Positions 38,201-47,080 of a stretch of 64,000 nucleotides of DNA are shown piece by piece; positions within the stretch are counted from its first letter, which is position 1, and each line of letters begins with the position of its first letter. Source of the stretch: Raillietiella orientalis (Eukaryota); contig JAYWIR010000126.1 of assembly GCA_036172245.1 (NCBI GenBank), forward strand, positions 1-64,000. Reading direction: 5' to 3'. Below the pieces are notes generated by a model that was not told the origin of the DNA, ran no database searches, and saw only the letters and a program-made list of their open reading frames with translations. The position numbers were made by a program, and so were the translations under genes.

Positions 38201-41200
38201 TGAAGGGCTCGTTGAGACGTTCGCGTTCCTCCTCGCCGAAAACACGAGCATCCTGAGACAGGAGTATCTCAGAAAGAATATCCTCCTTCGAGGATTCCGC
38301 GTACAGCGAGGAGTAGTAGCCTCTCACAATGCGGCGTACTCCGGCTGGGGCCGAACATTCCTGGCCCTTGTCGTCCAACAGGTATGCTGCTCCAGACAGC
38401 CACACCTGGCGCTCGGCCCTCGCCTTGTACTCCGCGAGACGCCCGACATCCGCGCTTCTCAAAAACGTGCGGGCCTGCAGAATGTCTCTACTGTTGGTTA
38501 CGCCCTCTCCGAAACCGCGTGGAAGCCGGTGCAAGGAGAAGTGGCAGCAGAACTCGCGGACAGATCTTTTGAGATCGTTTCAGTCCGCAAGTTCTTAAAT
38601 GGCAAAGCCTCGGAGGTGTCCACGTAGATGCTCCGCAGCCTCCGGTTGGCTAAGCGAATCCGCCTGCATCCTTTAGTTTTGCAACGGAGGCCCCCTGCCT
38701 GGCGGAAGGATCTCAAACTCCAACCTGTGGTGGTCAGAAAGCCTAGTCAACAGTCTTCCTCTCCTACTCACACGCGAATGCAGGTTTTCATGGAAGAAAA
38801 CGTGATCGAGCAATCTTTCCATTCCAGGTTCGCTGGCCATCAAGGTGGCGGCGTGCACGGACGCGCACATCTCGAAAGGCAGCGCGCGCTCCCTCGGGCG
38901 TCTCCAATCGTCGGAGAGCAGGCGAACGTTGAAGTCCCCAGCGACGAGGTGCGCCACTTGGAAGCCGAAGTTGTTGAGCCAGTGGCTCTGCACCTCACCT
39001 GAGAAAGCTACTCTTTCTTCGAGGTAGCGAGAGCCACTCGGCGCGTAGACGTTCGTAACGACGAGATCGATGGACTCGGACCGCTTGATGACAAGCTGGC
39101 CTATCCGTCCGTCGTCATCAAAACGAACATTGCGCACCGCTTCCGCCATTTTCGCTCATACGAGGAACGCGACGCCGCACGCGTGTGCGCCGCCGCACCG
39201 CCAATGTAGCTTTCCCCATGCGCGCTCCTCGATTTCGGCTGCCTGCTCGTCGGAGATTACGAGAATCTCCTGCAGGAGCGCGAGGTCGAATGGGCGCAGG
39301 GCGATGGCTACTGATCGCCTCTTCTCGTCGTTCTGTAGTCCGTTCACGTTCCAACACGTTACGGACAGACGACGAGAAGACGCGATTCCCCGCATTACTG
39401 CTGGGAAGGTGACGGCTTTTTGCTCGCTTTATCCGGCGAGCAGACGGCGAGCAGCACGACTGGCTGGAGGGGACGGTCGCCACCGTATTCCGTCGTGCTG
39501 CATGCATATTATGCCTCCACGCCAGGCTTAACCCCGTCGGGTTTCGTGGAGACTTCGCGTTGCTTCGCGGCGAGGGTTGCCTGGCTGCCTACTTTTGATC
39601 GGCGCGCACACGCTTTCGAACGAGTTGTCCTCGTCTCGGTGATCGGAACGGCATCCATTTCGGAGTCCGACCGGCGTATGTTCGATCGGGTTTCGGCCTT
39701 CCGCGAAGTAGTGACAGATTCTGCTGGATTGACAGCTGTCCTGTTGTCGTTTTCCGTCACCAGAGCATCGCTTTTGGTGACGGCTGCTTTCCCGACGCGC
39801 GTGTTTTCAGCGTGCTCACGCGCAGTTGCACGAGGGACCTTTGCTGAAGTCTTCTTTACTTCATTACGGTTCCTCACTTCGCGTGGCGCCGTAAATGGAG
39901 ATTGTGCGTTATTGCCATCTTTGAAGCCATCCGCGTCTTTGCACGGGAGAACTTTCGATGGCTCTGACACGATCGTCATGGACGCTGCCTTCAAAAGGTC
40001 TTTTAATTTGTTCGTTGGCATGGCATCCGCGCCAGTCGAGATCTTGCTCTTAGATTGCGACGACGTGAGATTTTTATCCGCTTTCGCGGTGTTGAATCGG
40101 GACGCAGATTTTTTTTGCCGACTTTCGAAGTCGACACGCCACAACCCTTCTTACCCGATTTGGGCTTCTCAGCCACTGCAGGAGGTGAAGGAATGGATCT
40201 GACGGTACTGGAAGTGTCCTTACCGCCGTTGTCCATTGGCGTCCCCGCCGGTTGCTCGAACTCCGAGAGAGCCGGGCGTGCTTGGGAAGGACAGCTATTG
40301 CGCCTAGGGGGACTTACCATTGCGCCGGATTCCCCGCACCCTTTCTTTTACGGGTCCCCTGCCGCGAGGGGAAGCACGCAGGGCTTCGCTTGCGAGTTTT
40401 CCTTCTGCTTTGGGGCCACATTCCGCTTCGCGTTTTTACGGAATTTCTGCCGTGGGGCATCCAGGTTTTTCGCAGATTTTTTCTTTTTATGCGCGCTTCG
40501 TTTTTTAAGACGAAGCTCCGCGGCTGCCTTTTTTCGCAAAAGATCCGGGCAATTTTTCAATTGGTGCCCGGATAGTTTGCAATAACGGCATTTTCCAGAG
40601 GGGCATTTATCCAAACAATCCCCATCCTTCCCGCATTGCTTGCACGTACTTACTTTGCCCACGAACCACAGGTGAACGACCGTGTCTTTCACCTGTAGTT
40701 TGTTGGGCAGCAGACGGCGGTCCGGCACTGTAAGCCAAACTCCAGCGACTCTGCTGTGTATGGACGGGAAGTCCTTGAGGTTGCTACGCACCCTCCACAG
40801 CGCATGGACCGTGGCGAATTTGGTTATCGCGTTCCGAATATCAATATCGGAGATTTCCGACTCGATGTCGAAAATCTCCGCAACAAATGAGTCGTCCATG
40901 GCGGCCGGGTAGACCTTCTGGCCCTTGATCGACAACGGGGTGCGCAGCAAGCGTTGCACAAGTGCAGCGTCTTTGCAACGCACCTTGAAATAGCTTATGT
41001 CTTTTACGGGCATAATGGCGAGAAGGTCCTCCTCCCGCACGCCAACACGGGTCGGTTCATCGTTGAACTGATTCCCGTCGCGCGTAGAAAGAAAACCAGT
41101 CACCTTATATCGGAGAGCAGGTCTATAGCCTTGGGCTACGTATGCTCGAAACTCCGACTCGTCGAGTGGTTCCCCTTTGACGGCTGCTGTGGCAGCAACG

Positions 41201-41391
41201 TCAGCAAAACTCCTCTCCATTGGCGAGAAAGACGAAGTGGAGGCGGCCGTCGGTTCCCCGATCGCAGATCCGGATGCTGCTCGAACTTCAGTAGCTTCGG
41301 GTTGGGTCGACATCGTCGTCAAAATGTACGACGCCAAGATGAAGCGGATGAAAGCACGGAGACGAGAGCGAAGAAAAACACGTCCGCACTC
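35296..41391 (-). mobile_element. LINE copy E', duplicate of E at the same insertion site
   Basis: 9-bp TSD GATTGAAAT at 35287-35295 and 41392-41400; shares lesions with E; YADD changed to YPDD. Confidence 0.95.
37495..37677 (+). mobile_element. Copy S: 183-bp 3'-UTR-only insertion, antisense in the RT of E'
   Basis: Absent from E; T-tract, GCTGCC..GGCAG stem, AATAAA, terminal hairpin, AAAA; degenerate 11-bp TSD gcaaacacctt / tcgaacgcctt. Confidence 0.88.
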
Positions 41392-41647
41392 GATTGAAAT
41401 CTCCCGCTATCAGGTGAGTCTTCCGCACGTTCGTGTCCGCCAGCCAGTCGCGCTTCAGGGATTCCAGCAGCCTGGTGCAGTCGCAATACCCCTGTTTGCC
41501 GCTCAGGCCATACACATTCGTGACTATCAGTTCGATCGAGTCGGACCAGCTGAGAATCAGCTGACCGCCCCGACCGTCGTCATCGAAGCGCACGCCCTTC
41601 ACGGCAGCGTCGATGGCCGGCTTCACGAAGAATGCGACCCCACAGGT
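41392..41647 (-). mobile_element. APE fragment continuing J (matches D at 19379-19633)
   Basis: CGVAFFVKP...TNVYGLSG...AGDFN. Confidence 0.9.
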
Positions 41648-43797
41648 TTTTCACCCGTGTAAGCCGGTGCTTTTATGACTAAAATTCTGACGTTACAAAA
41701 TTTTGTAATAAGGTCGATGTTGTTAAAAGTTTTCTTTTTCGGACGTCAGACGTTCTTTGAAGTCCAGTAGCACTTGTCTTTTTTGACCCGGAGGCCGATA
41801 AAGTCCTTCACTGGCGCCGGGACGGGGAAAATAGACAGAAAACAAAACAAAAAAAGGAAAACGTCTGGAAGGCAATGTTCTTAAGGAGCGGGAGGGAGGG
41901 AGGGGATCACGGTGCGCCGTGAGGAGGCCTTTGCATCCGGTTTTAGATGCGAACGAATGCCGGTGAATGTTTTTGAAGTCGACGCCAACGGCACGCTTTC
42001 TCCAAGGAGATCGCTGCCCAGTGGATGGCATTCCTGCTGGTCCTTCCTCTCCTAGACGCAGTATACTTCTCTAGGATACCGCGTATGCAGCAGAGCACTG
42101 CTACACTCCCGGAGGCTGGCAAGCCGTCTCGCGTCAGTGAGCGTCTGAATAAATTTTTCGGGTCACCCTCCGGAATGTTGAGAAACTACGAGAGTCTGTC
42201 CCACATTTTGCGGAGGGCAACACACTACAGAATCAAGTCAGGGATGGTCTCCCTTTCCTCGCACTCTGCAAAACTAGCATCCACATTCCCCGTTGTCCAG
42301 CGATACAGGCGTGCTCTGCTTAAAAGTCCCCAGTGGAGCAGAAGCAACGCCGTCTCCTGCCACTGCAGGGTAAGGGTGCCGTTGTCCCATCACGCTGGGG
42401 GCCACTTCACCTCCTCCGGAGGTATACCGAGCAGCGCGCACCAGCGTAAAAGTCCGTTCAGAGGGACACTCGGGGTACTAGCGTCCGCTAGTTCCCTCGG
42501 CGTCCACGCCTTCATTGATTTCTTCCTGCCTCCGATGAGGCAGGACACTTCCCACGATGCCTGTTGGTGGCTGTCATGAACTTCCCTGAGGAAGGGCAGC
42601 TCTGGGGCAAGGGGGGTGAAGGAAGCCCACAGAAGTTTCCGTGGGTTAGAAACGATCTCCTTGAGTGGCTGACCAGCGTGCCTCCCTCTGCGGAGGCAGG
42701 AGAAGTCCTGATCGCTGGTGCCATTGATCTTCGCTTATGCGTATACGGACTCCTGGAGCCAGGTTGTCCAGTCCGCTGGGATGCAGGAGATCCAAGGGTT
42801 GTCTCTCATCAGAGCAACCAAATCTCGCAGCTGATAACCACAATGGTTCAGGATGCGTTCGTTGGCTAGCAGGATTGAAGTCAATCCGAAGCAGCCGGTT
42901 GCCCTATGAGCAAGGAGTCTTGCTGGTGCACACCAGGGTGCTGTCCAAAACTTTGCCACAAGGGCAAATTTTCTGAATTGGAGCTGTCTCTCCATGCGCT
43001 CCAACATCAGGAGACCAGGTCCACCGTCCCTGCGTGGAGCGCACAAGTCTTTGAGCCGGACGCGGGGCCTCCGGTTGCCCCAGAGGGCTTTCCGTATAAG
43101 GCCCCTAGTCCGTGTCCTGATTTGGTACGTAATAGGGCACACAAAATGTAGGGGGCCAAGGAGGAGGGCCGCGAAAGCGTTTAATACCGTGGCCCGTTCT
43201 TGCAAGTGGAACTTGCCGTCCCGGAACGGGCCGATCGACAGCTCCACCTTTTGTAGACGGTCGGACCAGGCTTCTGCAGAGCAGAAGTCCCTCAACGGAA
43301 CGCCAAGGTACTTGATGTATTTGCTTGTAAGGATCCCCAAGCGGATCCAGTCCGATCGTCCGGCCCTCGTCGAGTCGGTGAAAAGCAACGAAGATTTCGT
43401 CTTGTTTACCTGGAGGCCTGTCCCTCGGTATAGCAACTCGAAGAAATCCTCGAGCGCCGATGCCGGGGTGGACCCGGGAAGCAGGAGCAGAAGATCGTCG
43501 GCATAGGCTGACACGGCAGGCGTGCCAGGACACGAGCTCGGCAGGGTTGACAAAGTCTCCCTGTATGCTCTCAGCACCAACTCAAAGTAGTTGCTGAAGA
43601 GCAGGGGGCTGAGGCTGTCACCCTGCCGGATGCCACGACAAACCGGCACGCCGAACACGTGCCGGGCGCTGAAATTGATATTGATGAGCGCGTAGCGCCA
43701 GCAGGAGCGCAGGTAGGCCAGAAAGACGGCCGGAAATCCTAAGCGTTCCATGAGCTCCAGAAGCAGCTCCTGGTCGATGGAGTCGAAAGCTTTACGT
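41648..43797 (-). mobile_element. LINE copy K, 3' part (RT domain 3 to 3' end), divergent subfamily
   Basis: ORF 42735-43751 (GIRQGDSLSP, AYADD); stop near 41907; T-tract; CATAAA plus degenerate hairpin plus AAAAA. Confidence 0.9.
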
Positions 43798-43802
43798 CGG
43801 CT

Positions 43803-45231
43803 AGAGCAGACGTCTTTCCTCGGTGCTCCTCGTGCCGGGAACCGTCCCTAGGTGTAAGCTTCGTGTGTGGTGGTGATCGATCAGGCAGCAATGCCTGACG
43901 CGACCACCAGTACGTGTCAGGGGGCGGTGGAAACGTTGCCTTCTGAAGAAATGGAGTGCCAGGTGGAGGCGGCAACGTCGCCTCTAGAGAAGGTGGAGTG
44001 CCAGGGAGCGGCGGCAACGTCGCCTTCAGTGGCGAATTAGGTTGGGGCGTCCGCCCCCACAAAACCGGTCCCCGCTGCAGCGCGGGCGTGGAGCGCCGTT
44101 GTGTCGGCGCCATCGCCTGCAGCCGCGTCGGAATTATCTGCCTATGTGGAAGAGGCGTATAACCCAACACTATTCTACAAGGTAGGAAATTTGTATTCTA
44201 CTGAGAGTGCGCGCGCCTTTTCGAAGGGGATGCGCGCTCTCGATGTTAAAGAGGAGGAGCTCTGCGCTATGACCATTCGTAGCGGGGGGCAGTACGTAGA
44301 GGTGATCTGCAAACATGCAGATCTGGCCCAACGTCTGCTTAAAACCCCCGTGGTAATGGGGACACGCAGGCTCCTTCCCGTTACGGCGGACCACAGTATG
44401 GTGGTCCACCTTTTAGGAGTTACCGCGCGGATGCGGAAAGAACAGTTAAGCGCCGCGTTGGGAAAGGAAGGCAAGGTCAATGCAGTATGGAACAAGCCTA
44501 GTCCTTTCGAGGATTATACCACAGTTCAGAGAGGCCTCACGGCTGCCCGTTTAACCGTTCGAAAGGGCTCTACCCTTCCCCACAAACTGGTGGTCGGAGG
44601 AGAAAGCGTCGACCTCTGGTACGTGGGGAAGCCCAAATACTGTGGCTTCTGCAACACGTCGGGACACCTCAAGAGGAGCTGCCCCAACGTACAGTGCCTG
44701 GTATGCGGGACAATAAGCCACACGAACGAAGTGTGTCCACAATCCGCTGTGCGCGTAGTTTCCGCGAGGAACCTAAAAAAACGCGCGCAGCTGCTTCAGA
44801 AAAAACTAGCGGCGAAGGATGCCGCTCAAGCTGTGCCACCCACTCCCGTGGTCCAGACCTCAGCCGACACCCGGGCAACGAATGCCGAAAAGATTGACAA
44901 AAGCGGTCAGGTGTTGGAATGGCAAGAAGTCACAGCGAAAAAGAAAAAAAAGTCGAAGAAAGAACGACGAATCGAAAAAAAGCTCGACTACCAAAATAAA
45001 AAACAGCAGGTCAGCGAGAATTTAAAAGAATGCAGCGTCGTCGTGGAACGCGTCTCCGCCGAACGCCGCAAGGTAGATATCGCTGCTACCAACGAGCAAC
45101 CCACTGTTGAAAATGTCAACAGCGTGGGGAGCGAACCGGCGGAAGCGTCCGTCATCGAGACCGTGATCGATGACGCAACCTTCGAGCGTGCGGCGGAGGA
45201 GCTGGCTGCATCGTTGCATCCAGTCCCCTCC
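43803..45231 (+). mobile_element. LINE copy I', 5' end and ORF1 N-part
   Basis: 5' AGAGCAGACGTCTTTCC; ATG 43891, premature stop near 44038; knuckles CGFCNTSGHLKRSC and CLVCGTISHTNEVC; interrupted at ELAASLHPVPS. Confidence 0.92.
43915..44037 (+). repeat. Three 42-bp coding tandem repeats in the ORF1 N-terminus of I'
   Basis: CQGAVETLPSEEME / CQVEAATSPLEKVE / CQGAAATSPSVAN starting at 43915, 43957 and 43999. Confidence 0.85.
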
Positions 45232-45243
45232 GCGGCCAGTTGG

Positions 45244-45257
45244 AGGACGTGTTTTTC
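45244..45257 (+). promoter_or_regulatory. Conserved 5'-terminal RGACGTGTTTT motif, putative internal promoter (representative copy)
   Basis: Found within about 15 nt of every intact 5' end: near 4695, 12460, 19367, 21810, 27360, 41380, 43810, 45247, 50916, 58000 and 63553, although the UTRs of different subfamilies are otherwise dissimilar. Confidence 0.6.
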
Positions 45258-45328
45258 CTTCACTCCCCAAAGAGTAGTAGGAAAGCGCTTTCTTGTGTGT
45301 GGTGTTTTGTGTACATCGTCGGTGTCCA

Positions 45329-47080
45329 ATGGCCACGACGCCAGAGGACACCGCGATGGAGGTGGGAGTGGGGGAGGCTAGTTCGCCCCCACAGCCTACT
45401 GGAGCAGGGGCAGCCGCCCTGGAATCATCCCCGGCCACGCCGAGGACATGGAGCGCCATGGTGGCCGCGCCCAGCGCAGAAGCCATGGCGGAGATGGCCG
45501 CATACAAGGCCTCCGGGTACAAGCCATCGCTTGTCTACCAGGTAGGCAACTTGTTCGACGGCCGGACAGCGCGCGCCTTCAGCAAAGCGTTGAAGGACGC
45601 GAATGTTACCGAGAAGGATCTGGACGGCCTCTCCGTCCTCAGCGGCGGGCAGCGGGTCGAGGTGGTCTGCAAAGATGTCACCTTGGCTCACCGCCTAATC
45701 CATGCGCCGCTGAACGTAGACGGCCGAAAGATCCTGCCAGTATCAATGGACCGCTCCGTGGTGGTCCACATGACTGGCATCACCAGCCGCATGACGCGGT
45801 CAGCGGTTGGTGAGGAACTGAGAAAGTACGGTGAGGTGCACGCACTGTGGCCGAAACCCTCCATTTTCGACGGCTTCGATAGCATTTTTGGTGGGCAGGC
45901 TGCAGCGCGGGTGACCGTACGGGAGAATTGTGGGCTTCCCCACAAACTACAGGTGGCGCAAGAAAACGTCGACCTGTGGTATGTAGGGAAGCCCCGGTAT
46001 TGCGGGCATTGTGATACCGTGGGACACCTACGTAAATGGTGTCCCAATATACAATGCCATTTGTGCGGGGAGCGGGGCCACGTTCGGCGCGTGTGCCCAA
46101 AACGTCCCACCCCGGTTCCCCCTGCCGCGAAAAAAGCGCAGGGGAAACGCGCTTCAAAGGTCTCTAGACCTAAAGTGGGAAAGGGCCAGCACAAGCTGCC
46201 AACACCTCAACCTCCGGCGCGTAAGCCGGAGGATAAACCTTCTGAAACGGTGGAAGGCGAAGAGGGATGGCAGCTTGTAGAGGCCAGAAAGCCGAGGAAA
46301 CTCCCACCCGCGGAGAGCAAAGAGCGCAAGACGGCCGGTAAGCCAAAAAAACCCGGTCCGCGCTCGAAAACTTTGCGCGAGTGCACGGTGGCACTGGAAC
46401 GAATCGTCGTTCCCGAGATTGCCACCCGGATTGTCGATCCACCCCTTGCCGTTTCCGCTGCGCCCGAGGCTCGCGACGGCGAACCCTCTGTTTACACAGA
46501 GGGTGAGCCGCGCGACATAGCGGCGGTCGGAGCCGCGGACGCCGCGTTCGCGCAGGCGGCGGAGGAGCTCGCGGTCACGCTGGCCGAGCGTGAGAACCCC
46601 TCGCGCAAGGCCGTGCGAAGGCCGGCTCCGGCGAGGAAGGCCCCCAAAGGTGAGTTAGACCTGGGGGCCGGAAGCACATCCTCCTCCTCGGAGGCACCCC
46701 CCAGGAAGTCGGGACGCAAGTCCCAGAAGCCCAGGAGGCGCCTCCCCTCCACCAGCGAGGAGGAGAAGACGGAAGCCGTCGCCAGCGTGGGAAATTCGGA
46801 GGAGGAATTCCCACGCTCGGAAGCCGTCGATGCGGCCACCCCCATGGAGGAGGGTAAACAGGGGGGTGAAGTCCCCCCTACAGGCGCCGACCCTGAACAG
46901 CCCGCCCCCATGGAGGAGGGCGAACAGGTAGGCGCGACTCCACCTGCGGGTGATCCGGCTGACGCGCCGGCACCGATGGAGGAGGGGGACCAGGTGCCTT
47001 CAGCACCTGACCCCCCTGCTCCACCTAGCGTCCCGGCCCAGCAGGTGGCGGACGCCTCACTGCGTTCTTCCCAGGAGTAA
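45329..47080 (+). CDS. ORF1 gag-like protein (583 aa) of J1
   Basis: Intact; two CX2CX4HX4C knuckles CGHCDTVGHLRKWC and CHLCGERGHVRRVC. Confidence 0.92.
   Translation: MATTPEDTAMEVGVGEASSPPQPTGAGAAALESSPATPRTWSAMVAAPSAEAMAEMAAYKASGYKPSLVYQVGNLFDGRTARAFSKALKDANVTEKDLDGLSVLSGGQRVEVVCKDVTLAHRLIHAPLNVDGRKILPVSMDRSVVVHMTGITSRMTRSAVGEELRKYGEVHALWPKPSIFDGFDSIFGGQAAARVTVRENCGLPHKLQVAQENVDLWYVGKPRYCGHCDTVGHLRKWCPNIQCHLCGERGHVRRVCPKRPTPVPPAAKKAQGKRASKVSRPKVGKGQHKLPTPQPPARKPEDKPSETVEGEEGWQLVEARKPRKLPPAESKERKTAGKPKKPGPRSKTLRECTVALERIVVPEIATRIVDPPLAVSAAPEARDGEPSVYTEGEPRDIAAVGAADAAFAQAAEELAVTLAERENPSRKAVRRPAPARKAPKGELDLGAGSTSSSSEAPPRKSGRKSQKPRRRLPSTSEEEKTEAVASVGNSEEEFPRSEAVDAATPMEEGKQGGEVPPTGADPEQPAPMEEGEQVGATPPAGDPADAPAPMEEGDQVPSAPDPPAPPSVPAQQVADASLRSSQE
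46841..47035 (+). repeat. Three 66-bp PMEEG(E/K/D)Q coding repeats at the ORF1 C-terminus
   Basis: cc(c/g)atggaggaggg at 46841, 46907 and 46973; also present in A, D and J2. Confidence 0.85.
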
